Assembly: GCF_965212575.1 (NCBI RefSeq)
Contig: NZ_OZ243113.1
Location: forward strand, 1,115,662-1,179,661
Length of the DNA: 64,000 nucleotides
Direction of reading: 5' to 3'
Source of the DNA: Flagellimonas sp.
GTDB lineage: Bacteria; Bacteroidota; Bacteroidia; Flavobacteriales; Flavobacteriaceae
The first letter of the stretch is position 1; every line of letters begins with the position of its first letter. The notes beneath the pieces were generated by a model. That model was not told where the DNA came from, searched no databases, and worked only from the letters and a program-made list of their open reading frames with translations. Shown piece by piece: positions 28,769 to 38,719 of this stretch. The position numbers and the translations under genes were made by a program.

Positions 28769-30097
28769 TTATTTTTTTCCTATTTGATAATAAGTAAACC
28801 CTAGTTCATCCAATCTAGTATGGTCGAATTGGTTTCTTCCGTCAAAAATAATAGGTTCCATTAAAGTGTCTTTCATCTCCATAAAATCCGGGGAACGAAA
28901 CTCTTTCCATTCGGTAAGCAACAACATAGCATCTGCATTTTGAAGCGCCTCGTATTTCGTCTTTGTGTACGTCACGTTTGGTACGTTCTTTAGATAAAAT
29001 GACTGTGCTTCATGTATGGCTTTAGGATCATATGCTTGAACTTTAGCCCCTAAACCAGTCAGTTTTTTGATTATGTAAATGGAAGGAGCTTCGCGCATGT
29101 CATCGGTTCCTGGTTTGAAGGACAGCCCCCAAACTGCAAAAGTTTTGCCTTCCAAATCATCTCCATAATGACCTATTACCTTATCTGCTATCACAAATTT
29201 TTGTCGGTCATTGACATCTTCCACTGCATTCAGGAGTTGAGCATCATAGCCTTCTTGTTCGGCGGTCTTTTTTAAAGCCTTAACATCTTTGGGGAAACAA
29301 GAACCTCCATATCCACTACCTGGATAAATAAAACTGTATCCAATACGACTATCTGAACCAATACCAATTCTAACCTTGTTGACGTCAGCTCCAACGCGTT
29401 CGCAAATATTAGCTACCTCGTTCATAAACGAAATTTTGGTGGCCAACATCGCATTCGCTACATATTTGGTCATTTCCGCAGAGCGTACATCCATTACCAG
29501 CATACGATCCATACTACTTCTAAAAAAAGGAGCGTACAACCGTCGCATTTTTTCTGCCGTTTCCTTATCCTCCGTTCCTACTACAACTCTGTCTGGTTTC
29601 ATAAAATCGCCTAAGGCGTCACCTTCCTTTAAAAATTCAGGATTGGAGACAACATGAAATGTTATGTCCTCATTTCTCTTTTTCAATTCTTTCTGAATAG
29701 TGGCTCTTACTTTGTCCGCAGTTCCAACAGGCACAGTGGATTTGTCAACAACAATAAGAGGGGTGGTCATATGTTGCCCAATCTCCTTGGCAACTTGTAG
29801 CACGTATTGCAAATCTGCAGAACCATCTTCTCCCATAGGAGTTCCTACGGCAATAAAGGCCATATCACAATTTTCCAAACAGTCTTTTAATTGGGTGTGA
29901 AAATGCAGAGTTCCATTGGCCACATTACGTTTTACCATGGCTTCAAGGCCTGGCTCATAGATGGGTATTATGCCATTTTTAAGGTTTTCTATTTTCTTCT
30001 CATCAATGTCCACACAGGTAACATTGTTTCCCATTTCTGCGAAACATGTACCTGTGACCAAACCTACATATCCTGTCCCTACAATTGTTAATCTCAT
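28769..30097 (-). CDS. ugd: UDP-glucose 6-dehydrogenase
   Basis: 442 aa. Has [16 protein letters not shown] and the catalytic GGSCFPKD. Confidence 0.93.
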   Translation of the reverse strand: MRLTIVGTGYVGLVTGTCFAEMGNNVTCVDIDEKKIENLKNGIIPIYEPGLEAMVKRNVANGTLHFHTQLKDCLENCDMAFIAVGTPMGEDGSADLQYVLQVAKEIGQHMTTPLIVVDKSTVPVGTADKVRATIQKELKKRNEDITFHVVSNPEFLKEGDALGDFMKPDRVVVGTEDKETAEKMRRLYAPFFRSSMDRMLVMDVRSAEMTKYVANAMLATKISFMNEVANICERVGADVNKVRIGIGSDSRIGYSFIYPGSGYGGSCFPKDVKALKKTAEQEGYDAQLLNAVEDVNDRQKFVIADKVIGHYGDDLEGKTFAVWGLSFKPGTDDMREAPSIYIIKKLTGLGAKVQAYDPKAIHEAQSFYLKNVPNVTYTKTKYEALQNADAMLLLTEWKEFRSPDFMEMKDTLMEPIIFDGRNQFDHTRLDELGFTYYQIGKK

Positions 30098-30157
30098 GTT
30101 TGAATTCTTAACTTAAAATATTCTTAGTTGTAACAGTCACAAAATAACCTCCACTCA

Positions 30158-30179
30158 CAAATCTATAGTGTCAAAATTA
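30158..30179 (-). promoter_or_regulatory. Two perfect matches to the Bacteroidetes -7 promoter element TAnnTTTG upstream of ugd
   Basis: On the minus strand: TAATTTTG (30179-30172) and TAGATTTG (30165-30158), about 60-80 nt upstream of the ugd ATG at 30097. I found no convincing -33 TTG at the expected spacing. Confidence 0.3.
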
Positions 30180-30355
30180 ATCCTTTGGTAGGGAGGGTTA
30201 TTGATTGCTAAAATTTAACGCAAAGATGCAACAAAGAAATTAATAGACTTTAGGTTTTAGATGAACTTTTTATAAAACAGATTAAATGCAAAATTGGAAG
30301 TGTTGGCCGAATCGGCAATGATCAAAATTGATGTCATACACCAAACAAAAATGTA

Positions 30356-31381
30356 TTATAATTTGTAAAAAGAACGATACCATTTAACGAATTGTTTTAT
30401 TCCTTCATTTACCGGGGTATTTGGACAATAGTTGTAATCTTTTTGCAAATTGGTTACATCTGCCCAAGTTTTTTTAACATCCCCTGGCTGCATTGGCTTC
30501 ATGATTTTATTGGCTTTTAACCCCAAATTTTCCTCGATATTTTCTATAAAGTCTAAAAGCTTAACAGACTTACTGTTACCAATATTATAGAGATGATATA
30601 GTTTTTTGGTGTTATAGGTGTTCGTGTACCTGTCTTCAATAATACGTTCTACTCCTTCAATAATGTCGGTTATATATGTAAAATCCCGTTCCAAATCTCC
30701 ATTATTAAATACATCTATGGGCTTATTTTCGATAATGGCCTTTGTGAATAGAAACATGGCCATATCGGGCCTTCCCCACGGCCCATAAACAGTAAAGAAC
30801 CTTAATCCGGTAGTACGAAATCCATAAAGGTGGCTATACGTATGAGCCATTAACTCATTACTTTTTTTGGAAGCCGCATAAAGACTGACGGGGTGGTCCA
30901 CTGACTGAGACACATTGAATGGAATTTCTCTATTAAGTCCATATACGCTTGAACTACTTGCATAAACCAAATGCTTAACCGAATGATTTCTACAACACTC
31001 TAAAATATTAAGAAAACCAACTATATTACTGTCGACATAGGCTTCTGGATTTTCCAAACTGTATCTGACACCGGCTTGGGCAGCTAAATTGCAAACAACA
31101 TCTATATTTTCTTGTTTAAAAAGTTTCGGAAGGCCTTCACGATCTTCTATAGATAGTTTGACAAATTTAAATGAGGGGTATGTGTCACTTTGCCAGAAAT
31201 CACTTGGCTTCACATTTTTCTTTGCATACACTCCCAGGTCTTTTAGTCTGGCGTGTTTGAGGTTAACATCGCAATAGTCATTGATGTTGTCTACACCAAT
31301 TACTTCGTGATCATTTTCCAAGAGTTTTTTGCAAAGATGATATCCTATAAAACCTGCTGCACCTGTAATCAAGATTTTCAT
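30356..31381 (-). CDS. UDP-glucuronate 4-epimerase (NAD-dependent epimerase, Cap1J/LpsL-like)
   Basis: 341 aa. Has MKILITGAAGFIGYHL, DNINDYCDVNLKHARL and YAASKKSNE. Lies in the same minus-strand block as ugd. Confidence 0.8.
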   Translation of the reverse strand: MKILITGAAGFIGYHLCKKLLENDHEVIGVDNINDYCDVNLKHARLKDLGVYAKKNVKPSDFWQSDTYPSFKFVKLSIEDREGLPKLFKQENIDVVCNLAAQAGVRYSLENPEAYVDSNIVGFLNILECCRNHSVKHLVYASSSSVYGLNREIPFNVSQSVDHPVSLYAASKKSNELMAHTYSHLYGFRTTGLRFFTVYGPWGRPDMAMFLFTKAIIENKPIDVFNNGDLERDFTYITDIIEGVERIIEDRYTNTYNTKKLYHLYNIGNSKSVKLLDFIENIEENLGLKANKIMKPMQPGDVKKTWADVTNLQKDYNYCPNTPVNEGIKQFVKWYRSFYKL

Positions 31382-31630
31382 GAAGTTTTTATTTGTCGCT
31401 TTATGGCCGTTTAATGACGGATCAAATTTAAGATAATCACAGTTGAAAAGACCATTTGTAGTTAAGATTTTGGTTATATTCCAAAAAGCATGTATTCATC
31501 AAAAAAAGGAGTTTAAACACGTGTATTTATCAATTTATCGAGTATTTTATGCATAGGACGAATAGTCAAATCGATATTCGCTGAAACGTTTCATAAGAGG
31601 TAACTTAGCTTAAATTTCCAACAAGCTTAC

Positions 31631-32764
31631 ATGGAAACTACTTTGCAGAAAAAAATATGGTTGTCATCTCCCCACATGGGTGGCACGGAACAAAGCTATG
31701 TGAATGAAGCCTTTGCAACCAATTGGGTTGCACCTTTGGGTCCAAACGTTAGTGGTTTTGAAATAGATATTCAAGAGTATATTGGGAATAATATTAATGC
31801 CGCATGTTTAAGTTCGGGTACTGGTGCTATTCATTTGGCTTTGGAACTTCTCGGGGTAACTCAAGGGGATGAGGTGCTTTGCCAAAGTTTTACGTTTGCG
31901 GCCTCGGCCAACCCAATTACCTATTTGGGGGGCAAGCCTATTTTTATTGATAGTGAACGTGATACATGGAATATTTCTCCAGATTTGCTGGAGAGGGCAA
32001 TATTGGATAGAATTCAATATGGTAAAAAACCCAAGGCTATTATCGCCGTGCATTTATATGGAATGCCCTACAAGGTCGATGAGGTTATTTCAATTTCCCA
32101 TAAATATGACATCCCAGTAATTGAGGATAGTGCAGAAGCTTTAGGTAGCAGGTATAAAGACATAAGATGCGGAAGCTTTGGTGATATGGCCATTTTGTCG
32201 TTTAATGGAAATAAAATCATTACAACTTCTGGCGGAGGGGCCTTATTGTGTAAAGATGAACACATTAAAAAAAGAGCAGTTTTTCTAGCTACCCAGGCAA
32301 GAGACAACGCTCCGCATTATCAACATTCCCACATAGGCTACAATTATCGAATGAGCAATGTTCTTGCTGGTATTGGACGAGGACAGATGGAAGTTCTTCC
32401 GCAACGAGTTCAGGCAAGGCGGGATAATTTTGCGTTTTACCATAAAAACTTAGCCGGAATTTCAGAGATAAAATTTCTTGAAGAACCAAAAGGATTCTAT
32501 TCAAACAGATGGCTCACATGTATTTTAACCCCTTCATTTGAGGTACGAGAGAATATTAGAGTGAAGTTGGAACATGAGAATATTGAATCCCGACCACTAT
32601 GGAAGCCCATGCATTTGCAGCCAGTATTTGAAAACGAAGTCCATTATACTAATGGTGTGAGTGAAGATCTTTTTAATAGAGGTTTATGCCTGCCCAGTGG
32701 TTCTAATCTGGACCAAGAAGATTTAGAAAAGATTTGCCACATCATTAAAAACCTACTTAAATGA
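31631..32764 (+). CDS. DegT/DnrJ/EryC1/StrS-family sugar aminotransferase (PglE-like, 4-keto-6-deoxy-HexNAc 4-aminotransferase)
   Basis: 377 aa. Has SFNGNKIITTSGGGALL (PLP lysine). An ATGA overlap links it to the downstream PglF/CapD-like dehydratase. Confidence 0.85.
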   Translation: METTLQKKIWLSSPHMGGTEQSYVNEAFATNWVAPLGPNVSGFEIDIQEYIGNNINAACLSSGTGAIHLALELLGVTQGDEVLCQSFTFAASANPITYLGGKPIFIDSERDTWNISPDLLERAILDRIQYGKKPKAIIAVHLYGMPYKVDEVISISHKYDIPVIEDSAEALGSRYKDIRCGSFGDMAILSFNGNKIITTSGGGALLCKDEHIKKRAVFLATQARDNAPHYQHSHIGYNYRMSNVLAGIGRGQMEVLPQRVQARRDNFAFYHKNLAGISEIKFLEEPKGFYSNRWLTCILTPSFEVRENIRVKLEHENIESRPLWKPMHLQPVFENEVHYTNGVSEDLFNRGLCLPSGSNLDQEDLEKICHIIKNLLK

Positions 32765-34707
32765 TAAAAAAGTACATTTTTGACAATAATCGGCACTATG
32801 CATCTAAATGGACGGTATTGTTCATTGATTTGTTCATCGCCGCCGCTTGTTTCATCTTGGCTTATTTTATAAGATTTAATCTCAGCTTCAGCTTTGATGT
32901 TCAAAAATTGTGGACACAGCTACCAATAGTAATTCTTCTGTTTTTGGGAGCCTTTCTCATATCAGGAAGTTATAAAGGAGTTGTTCGGCATACCGGAATA
33001 AAGGATGTCTATGCAATTTTCAATGCTATCTGTTTGGCCAGTATTAGTACCATTGTGTTGATTCTATTTAACAGATATGCCAAGATAGTTGATGGATTCA
33101 CTATTCCATTATCCATTATTATCATTAACAGCTTACTTGCATTCATTGCACTTACGGCGGCTAGATACGTTTTTAAGATTGTATTTGAAAGTTTGGTTAA
33201 CAGAAATGAGATTCCGACCAAGAACATTATCGTTTACGGTGCGGGTGAGTCAGGTATAATCACATACAACACCTTGACAAATCATTCCAAAATGAAGGTT
33301 AAGGTTGTTGGATTTGTTGATAACAACCTTCAGAAAGTTGGTAAACAGATAAATGGGGTCAAAGTATATAACAAAAATATCCTTACAAGGGATTTCGTTA
33401 GATTTAACAACATTTCGGAAATTATTTTCTCTATTCAGAGTATCCCGCCTAGAAAACTTAGAACTCTGGTTAACGAGATTGTAGATCTTCCTGTAAATGT
33501 GAAGATCGTACCCCCAGTGGAAGATTGGATAAACGGGGAGCTGAAAGTTTCTCAGATCAAGCAGGTCCAGATTGAAGATTTATTGGATAGACCTCCAATT
33601 CAAATCAAAAACAGCAAGGTCATGAAGGATTTTGAAGACAAGGTCATCATGGTTACTGGAGGTGCAGGATCTATTGGAAGCGAGTTGGTTCGTCAAATCT
33701 GTAAATACAACTATAGGGCGCTAGTTGTTGTCGACCAAGCGGAATCGGCGCTCTATGACCTACAACAAGAGCTTAAACAGGCAGGATACTTCAATTTTAT
33801 CCCAATAGTCGGTGATATCAGGGATAAAAATAAAATGCGTGTTTTGTTCGAGGAATATAAACCGGATAGAATTTTTCATGCCGCTGCATATAAGCATGTT
33901 CCGCTCATGGAATGTAACCCCTATGAAGCAGTTAAGATTAATGTAGCGGGCACAAAAAACCTGGTCGATTTGGCAATCGAGTATGATGTTGAAAAATTTG
34001 TTTTTGTATCCACCGATAAAGCTGTCAACCCCACTAATGTAATGGGCGCGACCAAGAGAATCGCTGAAATGTATATCAGTAGTAGACAACAAGACGACAA
34101 GACAAAATTTGTTACTACAAGATTTGGAAATGTTTTGGGGTCCAATGGTTCGGTTATACCTTTGTTCAGGAAACAAATTGAAAAAGGAGGGCCTTTAACG
34201 GTTACACACAAGGATATCACAAGATATTTTATGACAATTCCTGAAGCTTCCCAGTTGGTTCTTGAAGCCGGAGCGATGGGAAAGGGAGGTGAGATTTTTA
34301 TATTTGATATGGGTGAATCTGTCAAGATTATGGATTTGGCCAAAAATATGATTCGACTTTCTGGGCTCCATTACCCTGATGATATTGATATAAAAATTAC
34401 AGGGCTCCGTCCGGGCGAAAAGCTATATGAAGAACTTTTGGCCAATGGTGAAAACACTTTACCAACCTATCATGACAAAATAATGATAAGTAAGGTTAGG
34501 GATATTGATTATGCTAAAACAAGGAATATGATTGATGAGCTTTGTATTTCAAATCTATTCTTTAAAGATAATGTAGTTCAATTAATGAAAAGAATTGTTC
34601 CTGAGTACATCTCTAACAACTCCGATTTTTGTAAATTGGACGATGAGAAGGAAGAATCAAAAACTGAGAAAACTTCAAGATCTAATATTGCACAACTCAA
34701 CAGCTAA
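32761..34707 (+). CDS. Membrane-anchored UDP-GlcNAc 4,6-dehydratase (CapD / PglF / WbpM family)
   Basis: 648 aa. N-terminal TM helices, then VTGGAGSIGSEL, HAAAYKHVP and MGATKRIAE. Confidence 0.88.
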   Translation: MIKKYIFDNNRHYASKWTVLFIDLFIAAACFILAYFIRFNLSFSFDVQKLWTQLPIVILLFLGAFLISGSYKGVVRHTGIKDVYAIFNAICLASISTIVLILFNRYAKIVDGFTIPLSIIIINSLLAFIALTAARYVFKIVFESLVNRNEIPTKNIIVYGAGESGIITYNTLTNHSKMKVKVVGFVDNNLQKVGKQINGVKVYNKNILTRDFVRFNNISEIIFSIQSIPPRKLRTLVNEIVDLPVNVKIVPPVEDWINGELKVSQIKQVQIEDLLDRPPIQIKNSKVMKDFEDKVIMVTGGAGSIGSELVRQICKYNYRALVVVDQAESALYDLQQELKQAGYFNFIPIVGDIRDKNKMRVLFEEYKPDRIFHAAAYKHVPLMECNPYEAVKINVAGTKNLVDLAIEYDVEKFVFVSTDKAVNPTNVMGATKRIAEMYISSRQQDDKTKFVTTRFGNVLGSNGSVIPLFRKQIEKGGPLTVTHKDITRYFMTIPEASQLVLEAGAMGKGGEIFIFDMGESVKIMDLAKNMIRLSGLHYPDDIDIKITGLRPGEKLYEELLANGENTLPTYHDKIMISKVRDIDYAKTRNMIDELCISNLFFKDNVVQLMKRIVPEYISNNSDFCKLDDEKEESKTEKTSRSNIAQLNS

Positions 34708-34720
34708 ACACAAGTATTTT

Positions 34721-35485
34721 ATGAGGATAAAGTTTAAATTGGTCAGTCTGTCTTTTCTGGCATTGGTTATATTTTCATGCGGCCCACAACAAGGTGTGGT
34801 ATATTTTCAAGATGCCGATCAGTTCGAAACACTCGTAGATGATAATTCTTTTACCACAAAATTCAAAGTTGATGATTTGGTTAGCATCAATGTTTCTACA
34901 TTGGATCCTGAAGCAAGTGCTCCCTTTAACCTTTTTAGAGGAGCGGAAGAAGGTGGAATAAGACCTGAGCAGGTTAATTATTTGGTAGATAAAAATGGAG
35001 AGATAGATTTTCCCGTAATAGGGAAGGTAAAGATAGTTGGATTGTCACCGGCCGAAACACAAGAATTGTTAAAAAAAGAACTCTCCGATTATCTTAAGGA
35101 TCCCATCATTAACATACGGATAAGAAATTTTACGGTAACTGTTTTGGGGTCGGTAAATAGACCTGGAACGTACACAGTGAATGGTGAGCAAATTACCATA
35201 ATGGAGGCGCTAGGGCTGGCAGGCGATATAAATATTAAAGGTAGACGTGACAATGTGATGGTAATAAGGGATTTTGATGGCACAAAAGTGTACAATAGAA
35301 TAAATTTAAATAGAAAGGATGCCCTAAAATCACCAGTTTATTACCTTACTCAAAATGATGTGGTTTATATTGAACCAAATAAATCTGGCAAAACGGCTTC
35401 CACTTTAGACCAAAGAGCTTCGATAACTGTATCCATAATTTCTGTTTTGATTACATCCGCGGTTATTGTATTGACCAGAAATTAA
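34721..35485 (+). CDS. wza: Wza-like outer-membrane polysaccharide export lipoprotein
   Basis: I chose the ATG at 34721 (MRIKFKLVSLSFLALVIFSC lipobox); the track ORF starts at 34595 inside the upstream gene. Poly_export/SLBB-like blocks are present (DLVSINV, VNGEQITIMEALGLAGD). Confidence 0.82.
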   Translation: MRIKFKLVSLSFLALVIFSCGPQQGVVYFQDADQFETLVDDNSFTTKFKVDDLVSINVSTLDPEASAPFNLFRGAEEGGIRPEQVNYLVDKNGEIDFPVIGKVKIVGLSPAETQELLKKELSDYLKDPIINIRIRNFTVTVLGSVNRPGTYTVNGEQITIMEALGLAGDINIKGRRDNVMVIRDFDGTKVYNRINLNRKDALKSPVYYLTQNDVVYIEPNKSGKTASTLDQRASITVSIISVLITSAVIVLTRN

Positions 35486-35524
35486 CATTTGTATTTCATT
35501 CATTCCCCAAAACTTTCTTTAGAA

Positions 35525-37894
35525 ATGTCAAATACAACAGAACTAGACTTAAAAAGTTTATTGGCCATATGCCTTAGAAATTGGAAATGGTTTTTGATTT
35601 CGGTTTTCGTTAGTGTAGCATTGGCAATACTTTACTTAAGGTATACAATCCCAGAGTATAGTGCTACGGCTAAAATCCAAATTTTGGAGGAATCTGGCCA
35701 AGCTTCCGAACTTAGTGTTTTGGCCGATTTGGACATGTTTTCTTCAGGAACATCTAAGATTGAAGATGAAACACAACTTTTGGCTGCAAGGGATAATTTC
35801 ATTCATATTGTTGAAAAATTGGACTTGAATGTCCAATTTTTCGTTCTTGGGAATATAAAAAATACAGAATTGTATAGAAAAGAGAATATTCCATTTTCTA
35901 TTAATTTTTTGGCCAATGATTCAATCGTTGGCAGTTCCAAATATGATTTTTACATTAAAATTTATTCAAACACATCCTTCGGTTTTAAAGAAAAGGAGGA
36001 CGAAGCGGATAAAGAATACGACTTCGGTGATAAAATTAAAAGTGAGATAGGGGATTTCATTTTAACACCAAATAAAAAACTCTCCGAATATATAGACAAA
36101 CAGTTGCATGTTATAATCAATCCGATAGACTTTATCGCAGATTCCTATAGACAAAAAATGTTAATTGCCCCGAATGATAAGAAGCTTTCCAATATTATAA
36201 ATATCTCTCTGACCGATCATATTGAGCAGCGTGCAATAGATATAATTAATGAATTGATCGGAATAAATAATAATAATGCTGTTTCCGATAAAAAAGCTAT
36301 TGCTGACAGGACATCCAAGTTCATAGATGATCGAATTTCGGAAATATATAATAGTTTGTCCACAGTTGATGAAACAGCCGAAACATTCAAGTCCAGCAGA
36401 GGTATCGCTGATTTGGGATCCCAATCAAATGTAAATTTTAGCATGAGTGCTGCCAGTGAACAAGAGTTGCAGAATGCTAATATTCAGTTGAGTATTGCCG
36501 GATCAATGAGAGATCTTATAGATGGCCAAGAAGGGTATGATATAATTCCGGAGGTTGGCTTATCGGATCAAGGAATTTCAAATACTGCACAGCGGTACAA
36601 TGAGCTTGTGGCCCAAAGAAATAGGCTCATGGAGAGTTCGGGTGAAAAAAACCCGGTAGTGGTAAAATTGGACCAACAGCTAGAAGATTTGAAAAGAGGA
36701 ATGCAGTCAAGCCTGAACAATGTCACCAATAACCTTAATCTTCAGGTGAACAGCTTGAGCAAACAGTTGTCCCAGATCAACTCTAGAATATATGCTGCTC
36801 CAAGCAATGAAAGAGCATTAAGGGATATTTCTAGAAGACAGCAGACTACAGAGTCCTTGTATCTATATCTTTTGCAAAAAAGGGAAGAGTCTCAAATTAC
36901 CTTTGCATCAGCTTCGCCCAAGTCTAAGGTGATAGATTCTGCGTACGGATCTAATTTTCCCGTTTCTCCAAAAAGAAATGCAATATTTTTGGCATCCATG
37001 ATCTTAGGCCTTTTAATTCCGTTTTCAATAATATATGTGAGGGATTTGTTGGACAATAAGGTGCATAACAAAATTGGCCTTGAAAAAATAATATCGAATA
37101 AAGTCCCGGTATTGGCTGAGCTTCCTAAAGTTAAGAAAAAGGACAAAAAACTGATTGCCAGCCAGGATCGTTCCGTATTAGGCGAATCTCTGCGAATTTT
37201 AAGAACGAATTTGGATTATATACTCAAGAAAAATGTTAAACCGGGTCGAGGTGCTGTAGTATTAGTAACTTCAAGTGTACCTGGTGAAGGAAAAACATTT
37301 TTGTCGTCAAACCTGGCAATGGTTTTTGCGAGCACAAAAAGAAAGGTACTATTGATAGGAGCGGATATAAGAAATCCCAAATTATATGATTTCTATTCTG
37401 ATTTGGGTGAAACTGTTGATGGTATCAATAGAAGAAGGAGAGACTTAACGGGGCTTACCGAATATTTGCACAGTGATAGGGTTAGAACTGAAGATATTAT
37501 TACTAAAATTCAAGTTGAAGGGAATACCGTAGATGTTATTTTTTCGGGTAAGATTCCTCCAAACCCAGCCGAACTTTTGATGAGTGACCGTTTTAAGGAT
37601 TTGATTGAGTTTTGCTCCGAAGAATATGACAATATAATTATTGATTCCGCTCCCTTGCTTCCTGTAACGGACACATTATTGATAAATGGATATGCCCATC
37701 ATACTGTTTATGTAACAAAGGCAGGAGTTACAGAACAAAAGGTTTTAGAACATCCAATCAAACTTAACGAAGAAAAAAAGTTAAAGAACCTATCTTTTGT
37801 GGTAAATGGGGTTAAGGAATCCAATCTTGGCTATGGGGGTATTTATAGTTATGGTTATGGGAAAACCGTAAAAAGGTGGTGGAAATTCACCTAA
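35525..37894 (+). CDS. wzc: Wzc-like polysaccharide co-polymerase / BY-tyrosine kinase
   Basis: I chose the ATG at 35525 (MSNTTELDLK). It has an N-terminal Wzz-type domain, Walker A (SSVPGEGKT), A' (LLIGADIRNP) and B (IIIDSAPLLPVTD). The C-terminal tail is Tyr-rich (GYGGIYSYGYG). Confidence 0.88.
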   Translation: MSNTTELDLKSLLAICLRNWKWFLISVFVSVALAILYLRYTIPEYSATAKIQILEESGQASELSVLADLDMFSSGTSKIEDETQLLAARDNFIHIVEKLDLNVQFFVLGNIKNTELYRKENIPFSINFLANDSIVGSSKYDFYIKIYSNTSFGFKEKEDEADKEYDFGDKIKSEIGDFILTPNKKLSEYIDKQLHVIINPIDFIADSYRQKMLIAPNDKKLSNIINISLTDHIEQRAIDIINELIGINNNNAVSDKKAIADRTSKFIDDRISEIYNSLSTVDETAETFKSSRGIADLGSQSNVNFSMSAASEQELQNANIQLSIAGSMRDLIDGQEGYDIIPEVGLSDQGISNTAQRYNELVAQRNRLMESSGEKNPVVVKLDQQLEDLKRGMQSSLNNVTNNLNLQVNSLSKQLSQINSRIYAAPSNERALRDISRRQQTTESLYLYLLQKREESQITFASASPKSKVIDSAYGSNFPVSPKRNAIFLASMILGLLIPFSIIYVRDLLDNKVHNKIGLEKIISNKVPVLAELPKVKKKDKKLIASQDRSVLGESLRILRTNLDYILKKNVKPGRGAVVLVTSSVPGEGKTFLSSNLAMVFASTKRKVLLIGADIRNPKLYDFYSDLGETVDGINRRRRDLTGLTEYLHSDRVRTEDIITKIQVEGNTVDVIFSGKIPPNPAELLMSDRFKDLIEFCSEEYDNIIIDSAPLLPVTDTLLINGYAHHTVYVTKAGVTEQKVLEHPIKLNEEKKLKNLSFVVNGVKESNLGYGGIYSYGYGKTVKRWWKFT

Positions 37895-38638
37895 TCAATA
37901 AAAAGTGCGAATTGTATTTTCAATTACTGGTAAGATTTTTTTCAATGTAGCACTGGATATTTTAGCTTCTTTGATCATACGGAGTTGCTGGATGTTATGA
38001 ACATCTGATGCCACAAAATGTATAAGTCCATCTTCCAATAATTTTTGAGCACATTTGTGTACCCCATTGCCATAGGCATTGGCTGTAAGGGATAACAAGT
38101 TAAGTTGTAGTAGAACGCCCTGATTTTTTAAAGATTGATATACCTTGGATTTCTGGTGGAAATAAGCGTATCTCTCAGGATGGGCCAAAATTGGAAAGTA
38201 TTTTCGTTTGGCAACTTCTTCAATAGCTTGCTCAAAATTTATGGACGGCTGTAAATATGACATTTCCACTAACAAATAGTCGTTCTTAAGAGGTACAACC
38301 TCTCCATTCCTCAAAATTGTCTCGAAATTGTCATCAATCATATGTTCAGCAGAAAACTGTATCGAGATATCTTTCATATTTTGATTTTCCAACTCTATCC
38401 GAAGCTTGTTAAACGAGTTTTGAATGGTCGCTGGGGTATTGGGATAATAATTATGCATTATGTGAGGGGTACAAATAAAATTTGTAATTCCAACTTTCTT
38501 AAACTCATTGATTAAATACAAAGAATCCTGGACAGTTTTGGCGCCATCATCTATACCAGGCAATATATGGTTATGGATGTCAACCAGTCCATGAAGGTAG
38601 TCTGCCAAAAAAATCTTCTTTTGGAAAAAAGTAAACAT
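37895..38638 (-). CDS. PHP-family protein-tyrosine phosphatase (CpsB/CapC type)
   Basis: 247 aa. Has DIHNHILPGIDDGA near the N-terminus. Its stop codon abuts the wzc stop with no spacer. Confidence 0.85.
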   Translation of the reverse strand: MFTFFQKKIFLADYLHGLVDIHNHILPGIDDGAKTVQDSLYLINEFKKVGITNFICTPHIMHNYYPNTPATIQNSFNKLRIELENQNMKDISIQFSAEHMIDDNFETILRNGEVVPLKNDYLLVEMSYLQPSINFEQAIEEVAKRKYFPILAHPERYAYFHQKSKVYQSLKNQGVLLQLNLLSLTANAYGNGVHKCAQKLLEDGLIHFVASDVHNIQQLRMIKEAKISSATLKKILPVIENTIRTFY

Positions 38639-38692
38639 GATTAAAATTTGGAAAGCAAATATAAGGGTTTAATACAAGCTTAGTTTAGCCAG

Positions 38693-38707
38693 ATTGTACT
38701 GTACAAT
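38693..38707. promoter_or_regulatory. Perfect 15-bp palindrome ATTGTACTGTACAAT upstream of the phosphatase gene
   Basis: Read directly from the sequence. It lies between the mnmE stop (38720) and the phosphatase start (38638). The centre is too tight for a hairpin, so it looks more like a dimeric protein-binding site. Confidence 0.3.
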
Positions 38708-38719
38708 AGCCGTGCCAAT

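Noticed and set aside
30143-30202. Imperfect inverted repeat AATAACCTCC ... GGAGGGTTATT upstream of ugd; possible MITE end or riboswitch-like stem.
   Set aside because: The stem needs a bulge and encloses a loop of about 39 nt. There are no flanking direct repeats and no second copy in the window, so it is not distinguishable from chance.
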